Below, in pieces: positions 45,407-54,776 of a DNA stretch of 64,000 nucleotides. The notes beneath the pieces were generated by a model. The model did not search any database, was not told the origin of the DNA, and was given only the letters and a program-made list of their open reading frames with translations. The translations under genes were made by a program, and so were the position numbers. The stretch's first letter is position 1; each line of letters starts with the position of its first letter. Origin of the DNA: a virus. Lineage: Duplodnaviria; Heunggongvirae; Uroviricota; Caudoviricetes. The stretch lies in the IMG/VR virus record IMGVR_UViG_3300021400_002728, positions 330,267-394,266 of that record; one strand, 5' to 3'.

Positions 45407-46437
45407 GCGTGTTCTATTGCCTCCTTTGCCTTAATAAATATACCATCGTAATCAGGATAATTTTCCTTGACCCAATCATAAATATTAAGTGCAATAGAGG
45501 TTGTAGAATTTTCAGATTCTGACTCAGTTTCATGCTTGACAATATCAATAACAAGATTAACTGCTGTATTCTTAGCAGTGACGAATGTATCATTATCGAT
45601 AACATTTACATCACCGTCAAAAGTAATCTTGTAAATATCTTCAGTCACATTCTTGAGTATATCATTTATATTTTTATCTGTACAATTGAGTTTTATAATA
45701 TGAGGAGTCTTAACCTTAATCTTATGCCACTTCATTGTATCTGTATCAAGTATAATTGGACCTGTTCTGTCTTCATATGCTTGGTAGTCAATCATTGCAC
45801 CAGGGGAAAGAACTAATGTATTATCCTGATAGTAATCATAAGGAGTATGAATATGTCCTATAATTACAAGATCAAATAATTTTACTAATCCGTCAGATAA
45901 CATAATAGGATCACTAATAAGACTATCTTTATAATACTTTTCAGTTACTCCATGAGTCACTAAGATTTTCTTAGAACAGGTTGAATCTAAGGCTGCTTTT
46001 CTACAGCTATTCAAATAGTTAGCAATGACTTCTGCTTTACCATAAATATAAGGCATCATGATAAAGCAGATATCGTCAATTTCAACTACTCTTAATTCAT
46101 AATCTGCAAAATAAGTATGATTAGTCATTGATACTGCACTACATTTGCTGGCCATATTTGCAAAGCTAAAATCATGATTTCCGAGAATAGTCATAGTCGG
46201 AATATCTTTTAATTCATTCATTGCTTCGAAATATTTTGTCATAGCTAGTACAGATGGATTTGGTGTTTCAAATGTATCACCTGCATTGATAATTAGGTCT
46301 GGTTTTTCTTCTTTAATAATTCTTACATTTTCTTTTAAAGCATTATATCCACACCATTCAAATGCATTATAGTTATTTTCATCAGTACGATACTGACGCT
46401 TACCTATATGGCAATCACTAATAATGGCTAATTTCAT
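45403..46437 (-). CDS. sbcD: SbcD/Mre11-like metallophosphoesterase nuclease
   Basis: SDCHIG, AGDTF, GNHD, VTHG, GHIH and SPG motifs. Confidence 0.85.
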   Translation of the reverse strand: MKLAIISDCHIGKRQYRTDENNYNAFEWCGYNALKENVRIIKEEKPDLIINAGDTFETPNPSVLAMTKYFEAMNELKDIPTMTILGNHDFSFANMASKCSAVSMTNHTYFADYELRVVEIDDICFIMMPYIYGKAEVIANYLNSCRKAALDSTCSKKILVTHGVTEKYYKDSLISDPIMLSDGLVKLFDLVIIGHIHTPYDYYQDNTLVLSPGAMIDYQAYEDRTGPIILDTDTMKWHKIKVKTPHIIKLNCTDKNINDILKNVTEDIYKITFDGDVNVIDNDTFVTAKNTAVNLVIDIVKHETESESENSTTSIALNIYDWVKENYPDYDGIFIKAKEAIEHA

Positions 46438-46462
46438 TTTGCAAATTTCCTTTCACTCTATA

Positions 46463-47245
46463 TTAAAAAGATAATGTCAAATCTAATGACTTAGTCAATT
46501 CGATATTATTATTAAATAGCTCTTCCAATAATTCTGGCATAATAATTTGTTCAGGTTCATAACCAGAAGCGCCATAACATGCTTCTTCCATACACATAGC
46601 AGATTTTCTAATTATATCATTAGTACTAGGTACAGATGTTGCAGCTGGATCTCTAACTTCGATCAAATTTACTGTTTTTGAAGTAGTAAAATTGAGTCTA
46701 TTTACAATATTCTGAACAGCTTCTACACCATAATTGATACAAGCTGTATAAAGTTCCTGCATAGTTTCAGCTCTAAGCTTATTAGAAATATTATAATGAT
46801 AATCACACTTGAATTCTTTTTCTGTACACATGTTGAATACATCCATAAGATCTTCAACTACAGTATCTCCAAAATCAAGAACTGCAACAAGATTAAGGCT
46901 TGCTTCATAATATAAGAAGTTTTCCTTCATCTTACGTGTATAATTATTTCGCAGTGTCTGATTAAGCTTATTATATTCTGACTCAGAGATTGGATTCTTT
47001 TTAGCATCTACGTAATAATATTCTTTATAAGTAATCTTTCTAATATTAACATTTGCCTGGTGATATGAATCAGGCTGATAAGATCTCTTTCCAATAATAA
47101 AAGTCTTAACAAGATTTCTATTATTGTTTAGATTAGCAATAGCTTCTTTAGCTGTCTGTGCCTTTTCATTTAAAGAAATACTTAAACCTACAATATCAGG
47201 TTTAACTTTTTTTGAAGCATTACTGTGATAAATCATTGTACTCAT
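46463..47245 (-). CDS. SIMPL (DUF541)-like protein without signal peptide
   Basis: KKVKPDIVGLSISL N-terminal pattern and IELTKSLDLTLSF C-terminal strand. Confidence 0.55.
   Translation of the reverse strand: MSTMIYHSNASKKVKPDIVGLSISLNEKAQTAKEAIANLNNNRNLVKTFIIGKRSYQPDSYHQANVNIRKITYKEYYYVDAKKNPISESEYNKLNQTLRNNYTRKMKENFLYYEASLNLVAVLDFGDTVVEDLMDVFNMCTEKEFKCDYHYNISNKLRAETMQELYTACINYGVEAVQNIVNRLNFTTSKTVNLIEVRDPAATSVPSTNDIIRKSAMCMEEACYGASGYEPEQIIMPELLEELFNNNIELTKSLDLTLSF
46507..46525 (-). promoter_or_regulatory. Element-specific box in the 3' end of the SIMPL gene, 70 nt upstream of sbcD
   Basis: GAAGAGCTATTTAATAATA exact; translates as EELFNNN. Confidence 0.7.
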
Positions 47246-47259
47246 AATTATTTTCCTCC

Positions 47260-47439
47260 TTATAAATCAAGATCATCTAAGAAATCATCTTCATCATCAA
47301 AATAATCATCTTCAACATTATTATATTTAATTGTCTTTTTAGTAACCGAATCATAAATTATAGCTATTATAACTGCTAATATTCCAATAATAGTCATAGT
47401 ACCTACAACCTGTGTCAGAGCTTTCCAGGCTTTCAACAT
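47260..47439 (-). CDS. Small single-TM protein with very acidic tail (59 aa)
   Basis: AAGGAG SD; MLKAWKALTQVVGTMTIIGILAVIIAIIY...DDYFDDEDDFLDDLDL; not in the ORF track. Confidence 0.65.
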   Translation of the reverse strand: MLKAWKALTQVVGTMTIIGILAVIIAIIYDSVTKKTIKYNNVEDDYFDDEDDFLDDLDL

Positions 47440-47472
47440 TTATTTATCTCCTTTTTCTTAAGTATTATAGAA

Positions 47473-47952
47473 CTAAAAGTCCCATTGATTTTCGTGTTCA
47501 TCTACGTTATAGGCAAATAATTTGATTACATCATAATAATCAAATGTCTTAATATCAAATGTATTTTCATCAAATGTATTTTCATCAATATAAATTTTTG
47601 AACCATCTTCGTATGTTACAATGTAACCAATATCTTTCTCTGGGCCTTCAATATTTTTAATATATCTAGTAGAAAATCGTCTTACATTATTTATAACATA
47701 TCTTGGAATGACTTGATTATCTATTCTATAATAAGTAATATTTACTCCAGATGATTCATACAAAACTAAGTTATTATATAAGTCTTCAGTAAGTACATTA
47801 ACATCAATTACTAATCCTTCATCATATTCAGAAAAACCATCTTCAGACATGGCAGCAGTAACAAATTCTTTTGCTGTCAATCTTTTATAATTATAATATG
47901 TTAGTTTGAATGATTCTGGAAATACTGATTTATTACTAATTACAATATACAT
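47473..47952 (-). CDS. Copy of the MinD-like N-terminal domain fused to an 'EFALEV'-type module
   Basis: MYIVIS...DEGL...LTEDLY...GVNITYYR aligns with the 36134 N-terminus; start at MYIV follows GGGAGG. Confidence 0.7.
   Translation of the reverse strand: MYIVISNKSVFPESFKLTYYNYKRLTAKEFVTAAMSEDGFSEYDEGLVIDVNVLTEDLYNNLVLYESSGVNITYYRIDNQVIPRYVINNVRRFSTRYIKNIEGPEKDIGYIVTYEDGSKIYIDENTFDENTFDIKTFDYYDVIKLFAYNVDEHENQWDF
47539..47588. repeat. 15-bp tandem repeat (DENTF-DENTF-DIKTF)
   Basis: atcaaatgtattttc x2 plus one degenerate unit. Confidence 0.8.
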
Positions 47953-48503
47953 CAAAAATCCTCCCAAAGATCTTTAAGAGAATTATTATATAGTTCGCGT
48001 GTAACCTGTACGTCAGATTCAGAATATATAAGAGTAGGCGCATCAAATGGATGTGTATAAATATCATCAAAATTAAGATCAAAAATATCTTTTTTATTAT
48101 TCTTTGGTCTTGTATCATTAGTGATAATATTAACATCTAAAGCAAACTCTTTAATAACATCTTCTTTAGAAAGCGAATTCATTTCATCAGAATATCTATT
48201 ATAATCATCTATAGACACAGTTACCATAGTATCGTCTGAATACATTAACACTATATATCTTTCATCATTAGACTTAATATTTGTAGTAGCAGATTTAATA
48301 TACGGCAATCCATTAGTAATCTTATATTTATTCTTGAGTTCTTGTTCAGTATAAGTATCACAGTTAAAATCTTTACCTAATATTGAAGCTAAAGATTTTA
48401 ATGTAGTAGTCTTACCAGAGCCAAAAGAAGCAGACATTCTACCAGTACTAACACCAGTACTATGATATCTAGTTGAGTGTTCAATAGACATTCGTGTTCT
48501 CAT
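47952..48503 (-). CDS. 'EFALEV'-module paralogue
   Basis: MYSDDTMVTVS...DVIKEFALDV. Confidence 0.65.
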   Translation of the reverse strand: MRTRMSIEHSTRYHSTGVSTGRMSASFGSGKTTTLKSLASILGKDFNCDTYTEQELKNKYKITNGLPYIKSATTNIKSNDERYIVLMYSDDTMVTVSIDDYNRYSDEMNSLSKEDVIKEFALDVNIITNDTRPKNNKKDIFDLNFDDIYTHPFDAPTLIYSESDVQVTRELYNNSLKDLWEDF

Positions 48504-48838
48504 TAGTATACCTCAAGAGCAAACTCTCTAATAATAGTATCTTTACTATAGTCATTAATGAAAAGTTCATTATCATCATAATCTACTCTGGAAATAATCA
48601 CAATAGTAGAATCAGAAAATCTAATACTAACAATATCTTTCATAATTTTTATCTGAATAATCGTAGAATCCATCTTAAATACGTCCTTAAATTCTTCTGT
48701 ATCATTTTCATCGACGAACTCATTATATAATTCATCTACGTCTTTAAATATTTCGTCTAATATACTATAATTATAGTTATTCGTTGTATAAACATCTAAA
48801 TCATGTATATAAATTGGAGTTAACATCTTTGGATGCAT
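48503..48838 (-). CDS. 'EFALEV'-module paralogue
   Basis: IRFSDSTIVIIS...TIIREFALEV. Confidence 0.65.
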   Translation of the reverse strand: MHPKMLTPIYIHDLDVYTTNNYNYSILDEIFKDVDELYNEFVDENDTEEFKDVFKMDSTIIQIKIMKDIVSIRFSDSTIVIISRVDYDDNELFINDYSKDTIIREFALEVY

Positions 48839-49208
48839 AATATTCTTTATCCTTTACCTCTAAAGCAAATTCTCGAATTACTTCTTCGATTGGCATATCA
48901 TGAAGTGCTTCATGATACTTATCCCATACTTCCTTTGTTATGTAAACTAATGTTTCATTTGAATATCTGATACATACAGTATCTGGATCGACGCCGTCTA
49001 CATAACTAATGTAGACTTTGTCTTTCCAGTATTCTTTTTGTTTTTTGTTATTTAAGGATGGACCATATAATTCATGAAGAACTACATATAATTCTTCGTC
49101 TGACATATCATCAAAAGGATAATTATCTTTCTTCCACTCAATAGCCCTCATAATATCGAGCATAGAAGATTCACTTTCAAACATATTATTGTCTAATAAA
49201 GCGAACAT
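48801..49208 (-). CDS. 'EFALEV'-module paralogue
   Basis: IRYSNETLVYIT...EVIREFALEV. Confidence 0.65.
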   Translation of the reverse strand: MFALLDNNMFESESSMLDIMRAIEWKKDNYPFDDMSDEELYVVLHELYGPSLNNKKQKEYWKDKVYISYVDGVDPDTVCIRYSNETLVYITKEVWDKYHEALHDMPIEEVIREFALEVKDKEYYASKDVNSNLYT

Positions 49209-49217
49209 ATAATCTCC

Positions 49218-50864
49218 TTAAAGAAGTCTTTCATCGTGAGATACAATAATCCACTGATTATTATCTTCATGAATAATTCTTCTAATTGCTGCAATGTTAT
49301 CTGCATCTAGGTTAGAGAAAGATTCATCCATAACAAGTGGAAGTGAAGGTAAGAAAAGGTTTCTGATTACAAGGATCAGAGATAATGCAACAATAGTTTT
49401 CTCACCTTTAGAAAGACACTGAACTGCATATACATTCTCTGATTTGAAGTCTTTATCAAAGAGTCTAGCTTTATAAACACCATTCTCAATAAAGATCTCA
49501 GTGTATCGTGTATTGATTGTCTTAACAATCTCAGAAGCTTTCTTTACAAGTTCCTGTGCGTACATTGCTTTTGCTTGTTCAATGAACTCGTCTACGATCT
49601 CAATACATTTCTTATCCTGATTCCAAATATCAGTTGCAAGAAGTAATTCATTGATCTTACCAAAGTCTTTACTAAGACTAGCAAATTCATTTCTCTTCTT
49701 ATCATATTCTGCATATAACTGATTAGTCTCAGCATTATATGAGTCAAGAATTGACTGATAATCATAATCAGCCGCGTATTTAAGAGGCTCTAACATCTTA
49801 ACGAAATGCCAATACTTTTTAGATTCAAGCAGCTTATCAAATGAATACTGCTTTTCTTCCTTTTCCTTAAGGATAGCTTCAAGTCGCTGGATTTTATCGT
49901 TGTCTACAGTATCATAATCAAGTTTAGGCTCAACAAATTTGCCTCCGCAAAGAATACAAGTATTATTATTGCACTTACTTTCATTAATCAACTGTGCAAT
50001 TGTATTTCTAGGATATTTTACAAGAGGTGAAGAAACTGGCTTAGACTTTTCAGCATTAAGCTCATCTTCAATTCCCTTGAAATAAGCATCCCATTCTTCA
50101 GGTGTCTTACCGTATCCATTAAGTTTAACACAAGTTTCACGATCATATGCAGGTTCAGGACAAGCATCCAGCATTTCCTTTACTTTAAGGTATTCTGCAT
50201 GATCTTCTTTAGCTTTCTTAGCTTTAACTACATCTGAGTCAGATACAAAAGCTTTTTCTTTGATCTTAGCTTCAATATCAGCAATTTCCTGTTCAAGCTT
50301 ATCAATATCTTCCTTAGTAACTTTCTGATTAGTGATAGCTTTTTCAAGAGTAGATTTCTGTTTCTGCTGATATGATCTATCAGATGTAAAATGCTGCTTT
50401 AATGAAAGTGGTTCAGCAAATTCATTTTCAAGCAGCGAGTAAAGGTAACTTGAATTAAGTACCTGTGAGAGTGCAAGTGATTCGTATCCCCAAAGTGAAG
50501 TAAGAACAGAATCAGGAATGATCTTATTAAGGATCTCTTTACATTCCTTATTGGTTCTAGCAATTAAAGACTCATCTTTAAAAAGCTTATAACCAGAAGT
50601 CTTACCAACCTCTCTTTCGACAACATAAGTAGATGCATTATGTGTGAAATGTAAGGTGATCTTTGAGGGTTTTTCAATATCTACAAGACTCGCAAAGTCA
50701 AGATTATCTGGACGTTTATCAAATAAACAGAGAACAATTGCTTCGATAAGTGATGTCTTACCTTCACCATTCTTCCAGTTGAACATTGTAAGACCGTTTT
50801 CAAAATCAACCTTCTTGTGATCGAAACACTTCCAGTTAATCATTTCAATTGAGTTAATCCTCAT
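49218..50864 (-). CDS. sbcC: SbcC/Rad50-like ABC ATPase with short coiled coil
   Basis: Walker A NGEGKTS, zinc hook CILC, signature LSKGEK, Walker B VMDE and IVSH. Confidence 0.85.
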   Translation of the reverse strand: MRINSIEMINWKCFDHKKVDFENGLTMFNWKNGEGKTSLIEAIVLCLFDKRPDNLDFASLVDIEKPSKITLHFTHNASTYVVEREVGKTSGYKLFKDESLIARTNKECKEILNKIIPDSVLTSLWGYESLALSQVLNSSYLYSLLENEFAEPLSLKQHFTSDRSYQQKQKSTLEKAITNQKVTKEDIDKLEQEIADIEAKIKEKAFVSDSDVVKAKKAKEDHAEYLKVKEMLDACPEPAYDRETCVKLNGYGKTPEEWDAYFKGIEDELNAEKSKPVSSPLVKYPRNTIAQLINESKCNNNTCILCGGKFVEPKLDYDTVDNDKIQRLEAILKEKEEKQYSFDKLLESKKYWHFVKMLEPLKYAADYDYQSILDSYNAETNQLYAEYDKKRNEFASLSKDFGKINELLLATDIWNQDKKCIEIVDEFIEQAKAMYAQELVKKASEIVKTINTRYTEIFIENGVYKARLFDKDFKSENVYAVQCLSKGEKTIVALSLILVIRNLFLPSLPLVMDESFSNLDADNIAAIRRIIHEDNNQWIIVSHDERLL

Positions 50865-51030
50865 GTTCTATCTCCTTAGTTTCTTTCTTTACTTTCTGAC
50901 GATTATACTGTTTCTTTGTAGAGAATACAGTTGCACGAGGACGTAAAGGCTGCTCATAAGAAGACTTATGTCCAGGATTGACTTTATTCTGATGTTCAAT
51001 TTTTTCCATAATCTTCTTAATCGAAGCCAT
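50854..51030 (-). CDS. Small basic protein (58 aa) with ArfA-like KKxYxR motif
   Basis: GAGAGG SD directly after a promoter; MASIKKIMEK...PLRPRATVFSTKKQYNRQKVKKE...; not in the ORF track. Confidence 0.6.
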   Translation of the reverse strand: MASIKKIMEKIEHQNKVNPGHKSSYEQPLRPRATVFSTKKQYNRQKVKKETKEIEHED

Positions 51031-51057
51031 ATTATTACCTCTCTTTCGTATATTGTT

Positions 51058-51091
51058 ATTATAACACGACAGATGTAAAATGTAAATAGTT
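51058..51091 (-). promoter_or_regulatory. Sigma-A type promoter for the small ORF/sbcC operon
   Basis: AACTATTTACA-17 nt-TATAAT with extended TG. Confidence 0.8.
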
Positions 51092-51498
51092 TAATCACAT
51101 ATTTTCACAACGTTAATACCTTCATCTCTAAGTACATCTACTGCCGATCCACTAGGACCTGCACCGCCGCCATAAGCATATACTTCATCAAGATAATCTG
51201 CGTACTCTTTTACTGTCATAGGTTTAGTAGTCTGAATAATTACATTAGGCCATCCACCGCCAGGACCTACCATATCAAGTACTTTAACAATTTTGTCAGG
51301 TATTCCGTTTTTCTCTTCATAATTGTTATAGGCTTCTACAAATGCGTCTTCATCATTTGTCTGTCCAGCCTTAATTAAGGTCTCATCCTCAAACCCATCA
51401 TAACAAATATCATATTCAAAACTGAATAAATACTTTGTCGGAGACTCAAGAATGTTATTAAAAGAAAAGTCGTTGTTTACACCAATTGATAGTATCAT
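51091..51498 (-). CDS. Hypothetical protein
   Basis: Start moved to MILSIG, which follows AAGGAGG; contains GPGGGWP. Confidence 0.65.
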   Translation of the reverse strand: MILSIGVNNDFSFNNILESPTKYLFSFEYDICYDGFEDETLIKAGQTNDEDAFVEAYNNYEEKNGIPDKIVKVLDMVGPGGGWPNVIIQTTKPMTVKEYADYLDEVYAYGGGAGPSGSAVDVLRDEGINVVKICD

Positions 51499-51514
51499 GT
51501 TTTTTATCCTCCTT

Positions 51515-51560
51515 AAAAGAAATAAGCCTAACGTAATATTGGACATACTACGCTAGGCTT
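51515..51560 (-). terminator. Terminator after ssb
   Basis: AAGCCTAGCGTAGT...ATTACGTTAGGCTT followed by ATTTCTTTT. Confidence 0.7.
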
Positions 51561-51593
51561 CATTTATAATTTGAACTCTCTTATGACTCGATT

Positions 51594-52040
51594 TTAGAAA
51601 TCATCATATGCATCATAAGACGCGGTTGCAGGGGCGGAATCAGGCGTAGCAGCGGGCTGTTCTGCAGGCTTAGATGCCGCAGGCTGTTCAGCAGGAGCTG
51701 ACTCTCCACCAGAAACGTTTCCGTCAGACTTCTTACCAAAGAACTCTACATTATCAATGATCATCTTAAAACCATACACCTTAGTTCCGTCTTCTTTGGT
51801 ATAGTTATTATTCTGGAATGATCCTTCAATGAGCGCCTTAGATCCCTTCTTAAAATACTTGGCGATAAACTCTGCAGTCTTACCGAATGCTACATACTGG
51901 AACCAGTCTGTATCAGGCTCGTTCTCTTTATGGAAGCGTCTTGCAACTGCTCCGCTAAAAGTAACAAGAGTTCCACCATCACCATAGGTTTTAACCTCGG
52001 GATCTCCACCAAAAGTAACTGTTTGAGTTGTTCTGTTCAT
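51594..52040 (-). CDS. ssb: Single-stranded DNA-binding protein
   Basis: DWFQYVAFGKTAEFIAKYFKKGSKALIEG, NVEFF, P/A linker and acidic DAYDDF tail. Confidence 0.93.
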   Translation of the reverse strand: MNRTTQTVTFGGDPEVKTYGDGGTLVTFSGAVARRFHKENEPDTDWFQYVAFGKTAEFIAKYFKKGSKALIEGSFQNNNYTKEDGTKVYGFKMIIDNVEFFGKKSDGNVSGGESAPAEQPAASKPAEQPAATPDSAPATASYDAYDDF

Positions 52041-52118
52041 AATTTGTTTCTCCTTTATATCTTACAATTTTTTATATACTAAACGCATTATTGCGTATTA
52101 GCCAAAAATTATTTCTTG

Positions 52119-52137
52119 TAATATTAAATAGCTCTTC
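52119..52137 (-). promoter_or_regulatory. Element-specific box upstream of ssb
   Basis: GAAGAGCTATTTAATATTA. Confidence 0.7.
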
Positions 52138-52141
52138 GTTG

Positions 52142-53827
52142 TTAAACCTTGAAGAAATCAACTGCATCTTTAAGATCATCTGCAAGATTCTTCATAGTAG
52201 TCATATCTTCTGATACACTATTTACTGCCTGAGATACTGTAACGGTAGTAGCAGTTACCTCTTCATTTGTAGCAGAAGTCTCTTCTGAAATAGCAGACAG
52301 ATCAGAAATTGCACCGGAAATAACTGACTTAATTTCATCAAGCTTCTTAGTAATATCTGATACTTTATTAATGTTATCTACTGAAGAAGTAATCTCATTA
52401 TTAAGTGCATCGAACTGTTCCATGGCAATCTGAAGAAGTTCCTGTTCTTTATCAATAATTGCCTTAACTTCATCTGCCTGAGTTACACAATTAGCAGAAA
52501 GATCAGTAATCTCATTTACAACATCTTTAATGTTCTTAGCAGATGCATTACTATCAGCAGCAAGTTTACCAATTTCATCAGCCACTACTGCAAATCCTCT
52601 ACCAGATTCACCAGCTCTTGCAGCTTCAATCTGAGCATTGAGTGATAAGAGATTAGTCTGACCAGCAATATCAGAGATAAGCTTAACCATTTCACTGATC
52701 TTTTCAACTGCAGTATTTGTATTGTTAATGCTCTGACGAATATTTGTAACAGCATCGACAGATTTCTTGCTACTTTCAGAAATATCAGAAATACACTGCA
52801 TAGCGTTTGTATTTGCATTAGACATTGTATCAGTACTATCTTTAAGAACTGAAACTATATCTACAGCATTAGATACAATTTTATCCATATCAGATACATT
52901 CTCACTAATATCCTGTACGTTCTCAGCAAGAGTAACTGTACCATCAGCAAGATTACTCATAGAATCAGAGATCTGTGACATATCACTAGATACCTGTTCT
53001 GCATTACAAGTAGTTTCTTCGATCTTTTCATCAAGACCGGTCATATTTGTATTGATCTTAGATAAAATTTCCTGAAGATTAGCTAAAAGAATCTTAATAC
53101 TATCAATAAGTGTAATAGTCTCAGTTATATGAGATTTGGTATTAAGCTCAATCTTAGTTTCACCAGTAGAAAGTGTTTTAAGACTATCTGCAACTTCTTT
53201 AATAGGATTAGAAACCTTTTTAGCAATCATAATAGCGACTATAGTAAAAAATCCAATAAGAAGTGCAGCAATACCTATAATAATAAGCATAATATGCTGT
53301 TCTGCTTTCTGAATCTGAGTAGCAGGTTTACCAGCAAATGCCATACCTACAACATTTTTATTAGCGTCATATAGAGGCATATAGTATACAAAATAATCAA
53401 TTCCACCAATTTTTACATCATTAGACTGGTAATCTTCTTTAGACTTAACAGCTTTCCATACCGCTTCAGATGCAGTAGTTCCTTCATTTCTTGTACCGTC
53501 TTCATTTCTAAGAGATGTCATAAACCGTACATCGTCTTTGAAAAGTGTAAGATGTACACCGACATTATTATTAACGACGTCAATATATTCAGTTGGATCA
53601 TACTCGACAAAACCATCAGTTAGATCCACATCATTTACCAAGTCATATTCATAATAACTCTTAAGACCCTGTGCAGCTAACTTCAGTTCTTCAAAAGTAG
53701 TAGTTTCAAGATTTGAATTCATTATGTTTAAAGAAACTACAGCTAACATAATGATTCCACATGTCAGAGGGACCAATGCAAATAAGATTAGCATTAGTCT
53801 CAAGTTAATACCCTTTTTATTATTCAT
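52142..53827 (-). CDS. Methyl-accepting chemotaxis protein with Cache-type sensor domain
   Basis: TM-sensor-TM-HAMP layout, then [34 protein letters not shown]. Confidence 0.95.
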   Translation of the reverse strand: MNNKKGINLRLMLILFALVPLTCGIIMLAVVSLNIMNSNLETTTFEELKLAAQGLKSYYEYDLVNDVDLTDGFVEYDPTEYIDVVNNNVGVHLTLFKDDVRFMTSLRNEDGTRNEGTTASEAVWKAVKSKEDYQSNDVKIGGIDYFVYYMPLYDANKNVVGMAFAGKPATQIQKAEQHIMLIIIGIAALLIGFFTIVAIMIAKKVSNPIKEVADSLKTLSTGETKIELNTKSHITETITLIDSIKILLANLQEILSKINTNMTGLDEKIEETTCNAEQVSSDMSQISDSMSNLADGTVTLAENVQDISENVSDMDKIVSNAVDIVSVLKDSTDTMSNANTNAMQCISDISESSKKSVDAVTNIRQSINNTNTAVEKISEMVKLISDIAGQTNLLSLNAQIEAARAGESGRGFAVVADEIGKLAADSNASAKNIKDVVNEITDLSANCVTQADEVKAIIDKEQELLQIAMEQFDALNNEITSSVDNINKVSDITKKLDEIKSVISGAISDLSAISEETSATNEEVTATTVTVSQAVNSVSEDMTTMKNLADDLKDAVDFFKV

Positions 53828-53931
53828 TTTTTCTCCTTTTTGCCAACTTCTTTAATTGGCTTTGATAATGGCTTTGGTACAGGTTTAACCTTTATACCTC
53901 CGCAGTTAGATCTAGTATTTTTATCTTTCAT
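53824..53931 (-). CDS. 35-aa basic ORF coupled to the MCP start
   Basis: AAGGAG SD; [35 protein letters not shown]; its TGA overlaps the MCP ATG. Confidence 0.45.
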   Translation of the reverse strand: MKDKNTRSNCGGIKVKPVPKPLSKPIKEVGKKEKK

Positions 53932-53941
53932 AATAACTCCT

Positions 53942-54634
53942 TTACATCGCTATAAGACCATAAGAATAACCATACTTCTTCTGATTCTTAAGCAACCAGT
54001 TATGTGAAGATACAAAGTATTTATTAGTTATATTATTGCATTTAGCATAATATTCTTTTTCAGCACTTGCATAAATTCTATCAGACATTTCCTGAGTCAT
54101 AACACCAATATTAAGCTGCATCTGAAGGAATGAATGTACTCTATTTAATTCAGCTTTTGCTTCGTCAATTTCAATATCAGTTTCTTTATCAATCTTAGCA
54201 TCATATTTTTTATAAGCTTCTACCATGCTAGGATCAAAATTTGTAAGTTTAGTAATGCTATAAACACCTTCTTTTGCAACAGCTCTATAAGTTCTAAGCT
54301 TTTTAAATTCTGCAAAATTATCTAAATCCAGACAGCTAAAAGTTCCACCAATAAGTAATTCTCGTCTAGGATGAAGATGTGAAAATACTGTAGACTTCTT
54401 ATATGCGTCTACAGTCATATTAACAAAACCTTTACAACCTTTGTGTTCCTCAATAACTTTTTTATCGTTTACTAAAATACCAAATTCAACTTTATTAGAA
54501 CGTCTTTTAGTTTCAAATTCAACGATTGACTGAGGAATATTTGCAACATAATCATCGCTATAAATTAAAGCGATAGGTAACTCAATTACCTTTCCATTAA
54601 CATCATTTACTGTTGTTGTCATAGTCTTTTTCAT
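53942..54634 (-). CDS. JAB/MPN-like domain protein
   Basis: VEFG...FSHLHP...GTFSCLDL, i.e. E...HxH...S-xx-D. Confidence 0.5.
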   Translation of the reverse strand: MKKTMTTTVNDVNGKVIELPIALIYSDDYVANIPQSIVEFETKRRSNKVEFGILVNDKKVIEEHKGCKGFVNMTVDAYKKSTVFSHLHPRRELLIGGTFSCLDLDNFAEFKKLRTYRAVAKEGVYSITKLTNFDPSMVEAYKKYDAKIDKETDIEIDEAKAELNRVHSFLQMQLNIGVMTQEMSDRIYASAEKEYYAKCNNITNKYFVSSHNWLLKNQKKYGYSYGLIAM

Positions 54635-54658
54635 TGAGTTACCTTATATTTTGTTTGC

Positions 54659-54724
54659 TTGGGCGTGGTGCAGTCGAAACACCCCTCAGTACTTATTTAG
54701 TCTTATGAGTCCGTTTACGCCCAA
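54659..54724 (-). ncRNA. tRNA-like structure (acceptor stem + T-arm, no D-arm)
   Basis: TGGGCGT/ACGCCCA 7-bp stem stacked on GGTGT-TTCGACT-GCACC; lies downstream of a promoter. Confidence 0.35.
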
Positions 54725-54776
54725 CCCTAAGAGGAGGTAAATAATCATGCAAGATATTTTATTATCTTACATAATT

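Noticed and set aside
47952-48503. Calling this ORF an ATPase or DNA polymerase
   Set aside because: GSGKTT and STGRMS occur without a preceding hydrophobic strand, a Walker B motif or the rest of either domain.
50889-51098. 69-aa minus-strand ORF in the track
   Set aside because: It starts upstream of and overlaps the promoter; the alternative frame 50854-51030 has a proper SD downstream of the promoter.
53830-53930. Possible c-di-GMP riboswitch upstream of the MCP
   Set aside because: I could not find class I or class II consensus features; the region is better explained as a small ORF.
54671-54712. Hammerhead-like words on plus (CGAAAC...CTTATGAG)
   Set aside because: The core reads CUUAUGA rather than CUGANGA, and stems II and III do not pair.
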